Positions 16,887 through 26,408 of a stretch of DNA of 53,346 bases are shown here, one piece after another. The stretch is from contig DAIDCO010000006.1 of the NCBI GenBank assembly GCA_027309555.1, positions 1 to 53,346 on the forward strand. The letters run 5' to 3'. A program made the translations under genes and the position numbers. Within the stretch, counting starts at the first letter, position 1, and each line of letters starts with the position of its first letter. This DNA is from a bacterium. Its GTDB lineage: Archaea; Thermoplasmatota; Thermoplasmata; Lutacidiplasmatales; UBA184. Below the pieces are notes generated by a model. That model saw nothing but the letters and a program-made list of their open reading frames with translations. It searched no databases and was not told the origin of the DNA.

Positions 16887-18449
16887 ATGAAGGTCGCTCG
16901 GGCGCTCTCGGACGCACTGGCGGCCCACGGCATTGAGCGCGTGTTCGGCAACCCGGGCACCACCGAGCTCCCGTTCCTTGAGGGGTTGCGCCAGGAGTAC
17001 TACCTCACGCTCCACGACGCACTCGCGGTCGGGGCCGCGGATGGGGCCGCGCAGGTCCGCCGCGCACCGAGCGTCGCGAACCTCCACGCGGCGCCGGGGC
17101 TCGGCAACTCGATCGGGTTCATCGACTCCGCGCGACGCAACCGATCCCCGGTCGTGCTCACGGTCGGCCAGCAGGACCTGCGGCACGAGACCCAAGCGCC
17201 GCTCCTCTACGGCGACCTCGAATCGATGGTCCACGGGCTCGTGAAGTATTCCCACGAGGTTCGCGGCGCCTCGGAGCTCGACGACGCCGTGCGTCACGCA
17301 TTCCGTCACGCGCTCGAGCCACCGATGGGTCCGGTGTTGCTCAGCCTCCCGATGAACGTCCTCGAGGAGGAGGCCGCGCCGTACGGGGCCCCCGACCCTC
17401 CCCCCGACGACCGAGTGGACGACGTCACCCACCTCGCCGAGCGGATCCGGGCCGCGTCCGCCCCGGTCCTCGTCGTGGGCTTCGAGGTCGACGTCTTCGA
17501 TGCGTTCGCGGAGGTCGAGGCGCTCTCCGACCGGCTCGGCGCGCCGGTGTACGCCGAGCCGATCTGTTCCCGGGCCCCCGTTCCGGGAGCCTCCCGCCAC
17601 TTCGCGGGCGACCTCCTCCCCCACAGCGCCCTCATCTCCTCGCTCCTCGCTCCCCACGACCTCATCCTGCTCGTAGGCGCCGACCTGACGCTCTACCCCT
17701 ACAGCGCCGCGCCGCTGCCGCGGGGGGACCGAATGGTCTACCTCGGTTCGGACCCCTCGGTGCCGAACAAGCTCGAGTGCGACCGCGTCCTCGGCGACCT
17801 GAAGCGGCTCTTGACGGCGCTCCTCGCCGAGGTACCGCCGACCGGACGTCGGTTCTCGCGCCCGACCGATTTCCAGCGGGCGAACCGGGTGGCTCGCGCC
17901 GCGCCACGACTGGGCGGCGAGTACGTCGTCGATGCGATCCGCCGAGCGTTCCGCGGTTACTCGCTCGTGGACGAGTCGGTGTCGCTCATCCCCACGATGA
18001 AGTCGTGCGGATTCTACGACGGTCGGGACAGTTACTTCTCCTCCCGGAGCCAACAGCTCGGATGGGGGCTCGCCGCCGCGATCGGCATCGGACTCGAACG
18101 GCCGAAGACCGTGGTCGTGCTCGGGGACGGAGCGCTCCAGTACTCGGTACAGGCGCTCTGGACGCTCGCCCGCTACCGCGTACCGGTGAAGGTCGTGGTC
18201 GTGAACAACGGCGGGTACAACATCCTCAAGAGCTACTCGAAGGCGAACCATCCCCTGCTCGCGAAAGCCGCTTACCTCGACCTCCCCGGGGTCGACGTGG
18301 AAGGGCTTGCGAAGGCGTACGGACTCCCGGCGGAGAGCGCCTCGAGCGCGGAGTCGTTGGAACGCGCGCTTCTCCAGCTCCGGGAGACCGAGGGCCCGGC
18401 CGTACTGAACGTGGAGATGGACCGGACGGTCCCCGACCTTTTCTCCTAA
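16887..18449 (+). CDS. thiamine-diphosphate enzyme, benzoylformate decarboxylase / acetolactate synthase-like
   Basis: 520 aa. N-terminal FGNPGTTELPF and C-terminal TPP motif LGDGALQYSVQALWTLARYRVPVKVVVVNNGGYN. Confidence 0.9.
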   Translation: MKVARALSDALAAHGIERVFGNPGTTELPFLEGLRQEYYLTLHDALAVGAADGAAQVRRAPSVANLHAAPGLGNSIGFIDSARRNRSPVVLTVGQQDLRHETQAPLLYGDLESMVHGLVKYSHEVRGASELDDAVRHAFRHALEPPMGPVLLSLPMNVLEEEAAPYGAPDPPPDDRVDDVTHLAERIRAASAPVLVVGFEVDVFDAFAEVEALSDRLGAPVYAEPICSRAPVPGASRHFAGDLLPHSALISSLLAPHDLILLVGADLTLYPYSAAPLPRGDRMVYLGSDPSVPNKLECDRVLGDLKRLLTALLAEVPPTGRRFSRPTDFQRANRVARAAPRLGGEYVVDAIRRAFRGYSLVDESVSLIPTMKSCGFYDGRDSYFSSRSQQLGWGLAAAIGIGLERPKTVVVLGDGALQYSVQALWTLARYRVPVKVVVVNNGGYNILKSYSKANHPLLAKAAYLDLPGVDVEGLAKAYGLPAESASSAESLERALLQLRETEGPAVLNVEMDRTVPDLFS

Positions 18450-18486
18450 CGACGGTCGGTACGGTCGGGGGGCGCGACGGAGGAAG

Positions 18487-18906
18487 ATGGGATCGCGGTA
18501 CCAGAATCCCGCGCTCACGGTCGACGCCGTCTGGATCCAGCACGGCCGTCTGCTCCTCGTCCGGCGGGGCCGAGCTCCGTTTCGGGGAATGTGGGCGCTC
18601 CCGGGGGGGTTCGTCGAGCAGCGCGAGACCGTCGAGGCGGCCGTGGTGCGCGAACTTCGGGAGGAGACCGGCCTCTCGGCCCGCCCGTGGAAGATCGTCG
18701 GGGTCTACTCCGGCCCGGATCGCGACCCCCGAAAGCCCAGCACGAGCGTCGCGTTCCTGATGCGCGGTCGGGCCGGGCGACCCCGCGGTGGCGACGACGC
18801 CGAGGGAGCGGAATGGGTGCTACTCTCCGCCGCCCGACCCCTCGCGTTCGACCATGAGCGGATCGTGCGCGACGCCGTGCGCCTCTGGCGCCGCGTCCGC
18901 CGGTGA
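18487..18906 (+). CDS. Nudix hydrolase
   Basis: 139 aa with Nudix box GGFVEQRETVEAAVVRELREETGL. GGAGGAAG lies just upstream of the ATG. Confidence 0.85.
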   Translation: MGSRYQNPALTVDAVWIQHGRLLLVRRGRAPFRGMWALPGGFVEQRETVEAAVVRELREETGLSARPWKIVGVYSGPDRDPRKPSTSVAFLMRGRAGRPRGGDDAEGAEWVLLSAARPLAFDHERIVRDAVRLWRRVRR

Positions 18907-20406
18907 AGCGGGCCCCGTCGGCGGTGCGGCGGCGACCCGCCCCCGGGACCAGGAGAGCGCCGCCGCGAGGATGAGCACGCCGAGCGAACCCAGGAACGCG
19001 GCGTGGAGGCCGTTGAGGAAGTCGCTGCCGAGGCCCCCGATCAGGTTCGTGGTACCCAGGAAGACCTGGTAGGCCACGGCGCGGGGGATGCTCGCCGATG
19101 CGATCGTCAGGGCGAGCACGAAACTGAGGAGCGTGCCGAGGTTCGAGAGGGTGGCGCGGAGCCCGCTCACCGAACCGAAGGTCGACGGGCTCGCCTGGCT
19201 CATGATCGCGGTCGTGTTGGCCGGATAGAACATCCCGGAGCCGACGCCCCCGAGGACCGAGATCGCCGGGATCCATCCGAGCCAGGAGTCCGGTGTCAGC
19301 AGCGAGTAGAGTCCCACGGCGACCGCCATCGCGAGGATGCCTCCCGTGGCGAGGGCCCGGGGGCCGAAGCGGTCGACGCGGCGTCCCATGTAGGGGCCGA
19401 CGAAGGCGCCGACGAGGTAGCCGGGAACGAGCAGCAGGGAAGCGTTGAGCGGAGAGAGCCCGCGCAACCCCTGAAGGTACATCGTGAGCAGGAAGACCAC
19501 GGAGAGGTACCCGAGCGCCTGGAGGAACCCCGCCAGGAGCGAGAATCCGAGCAGGCGGTTCCGCAACTGGCGGAGGTCCACCATCGGGTGGGAGATCCGG
19601 AGCTCGAGCGCGACAAAGAGCGGCAGCAACAGCGCCCCGGCGACCACGTACGCGGCATTGAGGAGCGAGGCGCCATACGAGGCGATCTCGATCGCCCCGT
19701 AGCAGATGAGCGTCAGCGCGATGGAGAACGTGAGGAATCCCCCGAGGTCGAAGTGGACTCGCTTGCGCTCGGTCCGAGGCAGGGTCCGAAGTCCGAGGGC
19801 GACCGCTCCGATGCCGATCGGGATGTTGATGAAGAAGATGTACCGCCAGCCGAGGGCGGTCGTGATCACGCCTCCGAGCAGAATCCCGAGGATCGCCCCG
19901 ATGCTCCAACCGAACACGAGGTAGCCGAACGCGCGTCCGCGACGCAGGGGAGGGAAGACCGTCGCGATGAGCGCCGCCCCGTTCGAGAACATCACGGCCC
20001 CGCCGACGGCCTGCACGGCCCGGGCGGCGACGAGGAACGTCACGTTCGGCGCGAAGCCCGAGAGCGCCGAGCCGATGGTGAAGACCGAGAATCCGGTGTT
20101 GTAGACGAGCCCCCGCCCCAGGAGATCTCCGATCTGGCCGGCCTGGGTGGTGAGCGCCGTCGTGATCAGGAGGTAGATCAAGATCGTCCAGATCACCGAT
20201 TCAAGCGGCGCCGAGAGGTCGCCGGAGATGGTGGGGAAAGCGAGGATGACGATCGTACTGTCGATCGCGACCATCAGCGATCCGAGCGCCGTGAGGACGA
20301 GGACGCTCGTCTCGTGCGCGGTGGTGCTCGGGCGAGAGGCGTTGGGCGCCGCGAGCGGAGGCGGGCCGACGGAGCCCACGGGGAACGCGCGCACGGGAGT
20401 ACTCAT
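18820..20406 (-). CDS. MFS transporter, DHA2 (EmrB/QacA, 14-TM)-like
   Basis: 528 aa with about 14 hydrophobic helices. The 3' end overlaps the convergent Nudix gene by 87 nt. Confidence 0.88.
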   Translation of the reverse strand: MSTPVRAFPVGSVGPPPLAAPNASRPSTTAHETSVLVLTALGSLMVAIDSTIVILAFPTISGDLSAPLESVIWTILIYLLITTALTTQAGQIGDLLGRGLVYNTGFSVFTIGSALSGFAPNVTFLVAARAVQAVGGAVMFSNGAALIATVFPPLRRGRAFGYLVFGWSIGAILGILLGGVITTALGWRYIFFINIPIGIGAVALGLRTLPRTERKRVHFDLGGFLTFSIALTLICYGAIEIASYGASLLNAAYVVAGALLLPLFVALELRISHPMVDLRQLRNRLLGFSLLAGFLQALGYLSVVFLLTMYLQGLRGLSPLNASLLLVPGYLVGAFVGPYMGRRVDRFGPRALATGGILAMAVAVGLYSLLTPDSWLGWIPAISVLGGVGSGMFYPANTTAIMSQASPSTFGSVSGLRATLSNLGTLLSFVLALTIASASIPRAVAYQVFLGTTNLIGGLGSDFLNGLHAAFLGSLGVLILAAALSWSRGRVAAAPPTGPASPADAAPEAHGVAHDPLMVEREGSGGGE

Positions 20407-20644
20407 GAGCCGGACCGCCGCGCAGTTCCGCGGGAAGGATTAGAGGTTGCGCCCCCGGAGGGCGCGAGACGCCCGTGCGACTCGTCGTCCGCAGTTTCGG
20501 CCGGACTCCCGTCCCTCCGTGGGGCGGCCGACGTTCTCGCGTCGACGCTTTCGTCGGGCGATGGCGGTTTTCGTCGGGAGCAAGGCGGGCACCCGGGCAA
20601 ATCCTCAAATCGGAACGGACGCCTTCCGAGGGCCGGAGCGGAAG

Positions 20645-21799
20645 ATGACGTATCGCACGACGATGACCGGTAGCTGGTTCCGGCCGAAGGAGATCCTCTC
20701 CCTGCTCGCCGCGAGCCCGACGGGCGAGCTCGGGGTCGGCCACGCCGACACCTACCTCGCGGCCGAGCGTGCGACGATTCGGGAACAGCTCCACCCCCTC
20801 GGAAGCGCGCACGGGCTCGACGAGGTGTCGAACGGCCAGCAACGGGTCGCCGGCTACACGAGCTTCCTTCCCCACCGCTTCACCGGCTTCTCGGCGACCG
20901 AACGCGTCTCGATGCCGATGAACACCGAGCTCCTCGAGGACCTGGTCGAGTCGAATCCCGCGATGGCCGCGGCCATGGGGAGCGTCGAGCGATCGTTTTC
21001 CCTGCCGAAGATCGTCGCCCCGCTCGCGTACGCCGGGGCGGAGAGCGCGGCGCGGGAGGCGCACGACGCGGTCCGCCTCGCGAAGGAGGAACGGGCCCCG
21101 AGCCTCTTCCTCCCCTCGCCCTCCCCCGGGGTGATCACGATCTTCTATCCGAACAACCCCGAGATCTATCCGACCCACCTCGATTACCTGAACGCGCTTT
21201 CCCACGAGCTCGCGAAGGAGTATCGGGCGATCCTCGAGGTCCCGGGGACCGTCCTCCAGATCGATGCCCCCGACCTGGCGATGGGCAAGCAGACCGCCTC
21301 GGGTTGGGGCACCGATTTCTATGCGGCGCTCCCGCACCATGTCGACGCGATCAACTCGGCGATCCGGGGCCTGCCCCGGGAGCGCGTTCGCGTCCACTAC
21401 TGCTACGGGAACTACGCGGCCTCGCACGAGACGGACGCCGACTTTGCCCGGGTCCTTCCCGAGCTCGCGCGGCTCCGGGTCGGGGCGATCGTCGGCGAAC
21501 TCGCGAACCCGCGTCACGAAGGGGACCTCGTCCTCCTCGGACGATACGCCCGGGAACAGGGCTGGCCGTCGCACCTCGCGTTCGTCGGGGGTGTGATCGA
21601 CGTGAAGACCCCGATCGTCGAGTCGAAGGAGACGGTCCGTATGCGGCTCGACCTCCTCGGGAAGATCGTGGGCGAGGAGAACGCCTGGGGCGGAACGGAC
21701 TGCGGTTTCGAGACGTTCGCCGGCATGAACGGGGTGACCCATCCGGTCGCCCTCCGCAAGTTGCGCGCGCTCGCCGAGGGGGCCGCGCTCCCCGGTTAA
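20645..21799 (+). CDS. MetE C-terminal-domain-like (cobalamin-independent methionine synthase / UROD-like, COG0620) protein
   Basis: ORF 20447..21799 trimmed to ATG 20645, with GGAGCGGAAG upstream. Opens MTGSWFRPKE and has a zinc-site-like VHYCYGN. Confidence 0.75.
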   Translation: MTYRTTMTGSWFRPKEILSLLAASPTGELGVGHADTYLAAERATIREQLHPLGSAHGLDEVSNGQQRVAGYTSFLPHRFTGFSATERVSMPMNTELLEDLVESNPAMAAAMGSVERSFSLPKIVAPLAYAGAESAAREAHDAVRLAKEERAPSLFLPSPSPGVITIFYPNNPEIYPTHLDYLNALSHELAKEYRAILEVPGTVLQIDAPDLAMGKQTASGWGTDFYAALPHHVDAINSAIRGLPRERVRVHYCYGNYAASHETDADFARVLPELARLRVGAIVGELANPRHEGDLVLLGRYAREQGWPSHLAFVGGVIDVKTPIVESKETVRMRLDLLGKIVGEENAWGGTDCGFETFAGMNGVTHPVALRKLRALAEGAALPG

Positions 21800-21883
21800 G
21801 CGACCCCAGAGGGGGTGCTCGACGTGAGCCCCGACCGGTGAGCCGCTAGCGTCTTATCGAGCGGCCGGGTGGCGCGCGCGCCA

Positions 21884-22585
21884 ATGGCTCAGCGCGCCCA
21901 GATGGAGCAGCATCCCCGACCGACCCTCCTCTCCGATTTCATTCTCGGTGGCCAGGACGGGCTCGTCAATGTCTTGGGGATCCTGCTCGGCCTGGTCGCC
22001 GCGAACGCCCCGGCCCATTTCATCCTGATCGCGGGCCTGGCCGCGCTCGCGGCGGAATCGCTCGCCATGGCGGCGGTCGCCTACACCTCGACCGAGTCGC
22101 GTCGCAAGCTCTACCACAGCGAGATCGCGCGAGAAGAGCGGGAGATGCGGGAGGTGCCCGAGCTCGAGCGGGAGGAGGTCCGGGTCATCCTGCGGGACTG
22201 GGGGTACGAGGGCGCCGAGGTCGACGACATGCTCGCGCGCATCGAGAAGAAGCCGAAGGCTTGGCTGAATCTCATGATGGCCTTCGAGCTGAACCTGAGC
22301 CCGATCGGGACCGACGCGCCCCGGAAGAGCGCCGCCGTGGTCGGGGGCTCGACCCTGCTCGGCCACCTCATTCCGCTCCTTCCGTTCTTCTTCCTCTTGA
22401 ACGACCCGCATCTCGCGGCGTACGTCGCCGTCGTCCTGAGCGCGATCACGCTCTTCCTGATCGGCTGGTACGAAGCGAAGCTGACGATCGGCTCGCTCTG
22501 GAAGAGCGGCCTTCGAATGCTGGTGATCGGGCTGGGCTCGGGGTTCGCCGGGTTCCTGATCGGCGTGGCGATCCCGTTCCTCTAG
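21884..22585 (+). CDS. VIT1/CCC1-family iron/manganese transporter
   Basis: Motif LSDFILGGQDGLVNVLGILLG plus C-terminal TM helices. ATG 21884 lies 25 nt after CTTATC. Confidence 0.82.
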   Translation: MAQRAQMEQHPRPTLLSDFILGGQDGLVNVLGILLGLVAANAPAHFILIAGLAALAAESLAMAAVAYTSTESRRKLYHSEIAREEREMREVPELEREEVRVILRDWGYEGAEVDDMLARIEKKPKAWLNLMMAFELNLSPIGTDAPRKSAAVVGGSTLLGHLIPLLPFFFLLNDPHLAAYVAVVLSAITLFLIGWYEAKLTIGSLWKSGLRMLVIGLGSGFAGFLIGVAIPFL

Positions 22586-22658
22586 CGAGGTGGATCGGGA
22601 TCAAGGAGCCGGGGAGTTCCGGGCCGAAGGCTTTTCTGTCCGACCGCGTGGGGCCCGT

Positions 22659-23444
22659 GTGCCTCGCGCTCCCCCCCCACTTTCAGCGCGTTTTCGACTG
22701 GATGGGCACCGGGCCCTCCTTACCGGCGCGGCGGGAGGGATCGGAGAGGCGATCGCCCGCACGTTCTCCGAGGCCGGGGCCTCGCTCGCGCTCGTCGACC
22801 GGGACGCCGTACGCCTCCGCGCCCTGGCCCGATCCCTGTCGACAGCGGGTCCCGCTCCGATCGTCGCCCCCGCCGACGTGACCCGCGTCGCCGAGGTCGC
22901 GCGCGCCGTCCGTACCGCCGCCGCGGGGCTCGGAGGCCTCGATATCCTGGTCAACGCCGCGGGCGTCACGGCGAAGGGCAGTGTGGCGACGACCGATCCG
23001 GCCGCGTGGCGCGCGCTCCTCGACATCAACCTCACGGGGACGTTCCTCGTCTGCCACGAGGCGGTCCCGCACCTGCGCCGGTCCAAGGACGCTGCGGTCG
23101 TGACGATCTCTTCGGTCTACAGTCTGATCGGGGGTCGGGACCGCGCGGCGTACTCGGCCTCGAAGGGCGGTCTCGACGCGCTGACCCGCTCCATGGCGGC
23201 CGACCTCGCGCCGGACGGGATCCGCGTGAACGCCGTGAACCCCGGGTTCATCCGCACCCCCATGACCGCGCCGACCCTCCGCGACCCGAAGGCGATGCGA
23301 TTCTTCCGTGCGGCGACGCTCCTACCGCGTCTCGGCGACCCCCAGGACGTCGCCGACGCCGTCCTCTACTTGGTCTCGCCCGCCTCCCGGTTCGTCACCG
23401 GGATCTGTCTCGCGCTGGATGGGGGTCGCGCGCTCGGTCGCTGA
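22659..23444 (+). CDS. short-chain dehydrogenase/reductase
   Basis: Motifs TGAAGGIGEAIA, NAAG and YSASK. The start is uncertain: GTG 22659 is chosen, but the ORF opens at 22590. Confidence 0.85.
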   Translation: MPRAPPPLSARFRLDGHRALLTGAAGGIGEAIARTFSEAGASLALVDRDAVRLRALARSLSTAGPAPIVAPADVTRVAEVARAVRTAAAGLGGLDILVNAAGVTAKGSVATTDPAAWRALLDINLTGTFLVCHEAVPHLRRSKDAAVVTISSVYSLIGGRDRAAYSASKGGLDALTRSMAADLAPDGIRVNAVNPGFIRTPMTAPTLRDPKAMRFFRAATLLPRLGDPQDVADAVLYLVSPASRFVTGICLALDGGRALGR

Positions 23445-23482
23445 CCCGCGCCCGGCGCTCGAGGTGAAAGGAGCTATCAGCG

Positions 23483-24958
23483 ATGCCGGTGCGTACGGAG
23501 GGTAGCCCGGTCGAGCGGATCGTGACGTGGGGCCTCGGCCTCCGCTGGACCGACGTTCCCGAGAACGTGCGCGAAATGGCCCGCGCGATCGCGACGGATT
23601 GTGTCGGGTGCGCCCTCGGTGGACTCGACTCCCGAAAGTCTCGAGCGGCGGCGACCTGGGCCCGCGGCTTCCCCCAGCGGGCCGGTGTCTCGATCCCAGG
23701 AAGTCCCGAGCGGCTGGCCCCCGGACCCGCCGCGTTCGCCTGGGGGGAGCTCGTCAACGCGCTCGAGTTCGATCCGGACCTCACTCCGTGTCACGTGGCC
23801 CCGTTCGTTCTGCCCGCGCCGTGGGTCGCCGCGGAGCTCGGCGAACGGTCCGGCCGCGACCTCCTGGTCGCGGTCGTGGTAGCCCACGAGGTCGCGGCGC
23901 AGATCGCCGGACGCATGCCGGGGCTCCGTTCGGTCGGTGGGAGCGCGCGGAGACCGACCTACGAGTTCCGCGAGCGCTGGAGCGCGTACACCGCCGGCAT
24001 CGTCGGGGCAGTCGTGGGTGCGGCGCGCCTCGCCCGGACCGAACCGGCCACGGTCCTCTCGGCCCTCGGGATCGCGGCCGGCCTCGCGCCCGTGCCCATC
24101 AGCTCGCGCTTCTTCTTCACCGCCCGGCCGTCGGACCTCAAGTACGGGTCCCCCGGATGGGTCAGCCTTGGCGCGGCGACCGCGCTCGAACTCGCCCGCG
24201 CCGGCTACCGGGGGGACCCCGACGCGCTGGTCGGTCCGAACGGGCTCCTGGCGATCCTCGGCAATGGTCCCGCGGATGTCGAGGGGGCCGCGGCCGACCT
24301 CGGTCACCACTGGCGGATCCTCGATTCCGTCTTCAAACGGTTCCCCACCGGGGGCGTGGGGCACGTCGGGCTCGACCTCTTCGAGCGATTCCTTTCCGAG
24401 ACCGGGACTGCCCCGGAGGCGATCGAGTCGGTCGAGGTGACCTCGGACCCGATCGTCGAGGTGCCTGTGCTCGCGAACCGGGAGGTCCGTGATCCGGTCG
24501 ATGCCCAGTTCGCCTTGGCCTGGGGATTCGCCCTTCTACCGTACTACGCCCCGGGCCCGGCCTGGCAGTCCTCCGCTGCGCTCCAGGACCCGCGGGTCTC
24601 CCGTCTTTTCGCCAAAGTACGGATCCGGGCCGACCCGTCCGTCGTCCGGGACCTCTACCGGCAGCTCGTCACGGAGAAGCTCCCGTACGTTCGGCGCCGG
24701 CCGACCCGCGTGCGCGTGCGGGCGGGCGGCCGGACGTGGGAGAGGTCCGACGCGGTCGCGGAAGGCTATCCCGAGCGGCCCATACCGCCGAACGACCGGC
24801 GCATCAAGTTCCTGCGGAACACGGCGGGCCACCTCCCGACCCGCACGGCCCACCAGCTCTTCACGCGCCTGCTCGCCCTCGACCGGGAGCCCACGCTCGC
24901 CCCGATCTCCGGACTCCTGCGGCGGGCGCGCGTTGCCCCGGTAGGGCGGGCCCCATGA
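23483..24958 (+). CDS. MmgE/PrpD-family protein (paralog 1)
   Basis: 491 aa. AAAGGAG lies 9 nt upstream. The N-terminus LRWTDVPENVREMARAIATDCVGCALGG is typical of 2-methylcitrate-dehydratase-fold proteins. Confidence 0.82.
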   Translation: MPVRTEGSPVERIVTWGLGLRWTDVPENVREMARAIATDCVGCALGGLDSRKSRAAATWARGFPQRAGVSIPGSPERLAPGPAAFAWGELVNALEFDPDLTPCHVAPFVLPAPWVAAELGERSGRDLLVAVVVAHEVAAQIAGRMPGLRSVGGSARRPTYEFRERWSAYTAGIVGAVVGAARLARTEPATVLSALGIAAGLAPVPISSRFFFTARPSDLKYGSPGWVSLGAATALELARAGYRGDPDALVGPNGLLAILGNGPADVEGAAADLGHHWRILDSVFKRFPTGGVGHVGLDLFERFLSETGTAPEAIESVEVTSDPIVEVPVLANREVRDPVDAQFALAWGFALLPYYAPGPAWQSSAALQDPRVSRLFAKVRIRADPSVVRDLYRQLVTEKLPYVRRRPTRVRVRAGGRTWERSDAVAEGYPERPIPPNDRRIKFLRNTAGHLPTRTAHQLFTRLLALDREPTLAPISGLLRRARVAPVGRAP

Positions 24959-26382
24959 ACGCCGACCTGATCGTTCGTGGGGGCCGCGTCGTCACCGACG
25001 GCTACCGCATGGAAGCGGACGTTGTCATCGAGGAGGGTCGCGTAACGGGACTCCTCCGCGACTCCTCCCACGTCGCGGCTGACCGGGTCGTGGATGCCCG
25101 GGGGAAGTTCGTGCTCCCCGGGCTCATCGACCCCCACACCCACTGGGGCGTGTTCAATTTGCCGGATCTCGATGCGTTCGCCGACCAGTGCGCGAGCGAG
25201 TCGGCCTCTTCGCTCGCGGGGGGAGTGACGACGGTGATGCACTGCGCGATGGACCAAGGCTCCTACCTCACCCACCTGCCCCGGAAACAAGAACGGATCG
25301 AATCGCGCGCCGGGGTCGACGTCGTCTTCTATCCGGCGCTGACGAGCCTCGCGCAGGTCGCGGAGGTCTCAGCGCTCGTCGCCCAGGGGGTCACCTCCTT
25401 CAAGATGTTCCTGAACGGCGACGCCTTCTACGGGATCGGCGAGAGCGCCTTCTACGCCGGGCTCCGCGAGGTCCTGCGGTGCGGCGGGACGCCCATGGTC
25501 CATTGCGAGTGGACGCCGCCGGCGCTCGACCTCCTTTCGCACGAGCTCGAGGCGGCGGGGAGAACCGACCTCAAAGCATGGGCCGACGCCCGCCCGAACG
25601 TCCTCGAGCTCACCGCCATGGAGCGGGTCTTCCGGCTGGCCGAGTCGCTCGCCGGACCCGTCTACATCGTCCACGTCTCGACGCGGGAAGGACCGGCGCT
25701 CGGAGCGTCGGCGCGCGCCCGCGGCGTCGAGGCGTACCTCGAAACCTGCCCCCACTACCTCGCGCTCGACTACACGATGCCGTCGATCGCCCAGCTCGGG
25801 AAGGTGAAGCCCCCGATCCGGGGACCGGCGGACCGGGAAGGCCTCTGGAGCGGTCTTCTCTCCGGACAGATCGACACGGTCGGTACCGACCACTGCACCC
25901 TGCTCCTCCGCGCCGCGAAGGTGGGGAAGGGGGACATCTGGAGCCAGCAGAACGGGTTCGCGGGGACCGAGACGATGCTGCCGATCCTTCTCAGCGAAGG
26001 CGTGCGGAAGCGGGGCCTGACCCTCGAGCGGCTCGTCGAGCTCACCTCGGCGAACGCGGCGCGGATCCACCGGATCCCGGGGAAGGGATCGATCCGGCCG
26101 GGATCGGATGCCGACCTCACGATCGTCGACCTCGAACGGACGGCGACCCTGAGCGCCGACACGTTGCACTCCGCGTGCGACTTTACCCTCTACGAAGGCT
26201 GGAAGGTCACCGGAATGCCGGTCCTGACCATCCGGGGCGGGGCGGTGGTGATGGAGGAGGGGACGATGCGCCGCGGTCCCCCCGGCCGAGTGCTCCGGAC
26301 CGCACGACGCGAGGCGTCGGCGACCGGCCGCGGCGCTTCCTCCCCGAGCCGCGTCGACGACCCCGCGCATCGGAGCCGATAA
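24955..26382 (+). CDS. cyclic amidohydrolase, dihydropyrimidinase/hydantoinase type (A1)
   Basis: ORF 24736..26382 trimmed to ATG 24955, an ATGA overlap with the PrpD-like stop. All metal-site elements are present: DPHTHWG, TSFKMF, MVHCE, YIVHVS, GTDHC. Confidence 0.9.
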   Translation: MNADLIVRGGRVVTDGYRMEADVVIEEGRVTGLLRDSSHVAADRVVDARGKFVLPGLIDPHTHWGVFNLPDLDAFADQCASESASSLAGGVTTVMHCAMDQGSYLTHLPRKQERIESRAGVDVVFYPALTSLAQVAEVSALVAQGVTSFKMFLNGDAFYGIGESAFYAGLREVLRCGGTPMVHCEWTPPALDLLSHELEAAGRTDLKAWADARPNVLELTAMERVFRLAESLAGPVYIVHVSTREGPALGASARARGVEAYLETCPHYLALDYTMPSIAQLGKVKPPIRGPADREGLWSGLLSGQIDTVGTDHCTLLLRAAKVGKGDIWSQQNGFAGTETMLPILLSEGVRKRGLTLERLVELTSANAARIHRIPGKGSIRPGSDADLTIVDLERTATLSADTLHSACDFTLYEGWKVTGMPVLTIRGGAVVMEEGTMRRGPPGRVLRTARREASATGRGASSPSRVDDPAHRSR

Positions 26383-26408
26383 AGCGACCGGCCGCTACGG
26401 GATGGATC

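Noticed and set aside
13892-16963. 1023-aa composite ORF
   Set aside because: Only the C-terminal 348 aa (the GHMP kinase) are credible. The upstream part runs through a TATA-like promoter, the DUF998-like gene (another frame) and the antisense of the 2-hydroxyacid dehydrogenase.
16689-18518. 609-aa complement ORF opposite the TPP enzyme
   Set aside because: No motifs, biased composition, and antisense to a gene with a textbook TPP-binding motif.
20407-20644. Possible SAM or cobalamin riboswitch upstream of the MetE-like gene
   Set aside because: I could not recognise the conserved cores of the SAM-I/II/IV or cobalamin classes. The region shows only a short hairpin and a direct repeat. A covariance-model scan would be needed to exclude it fully.
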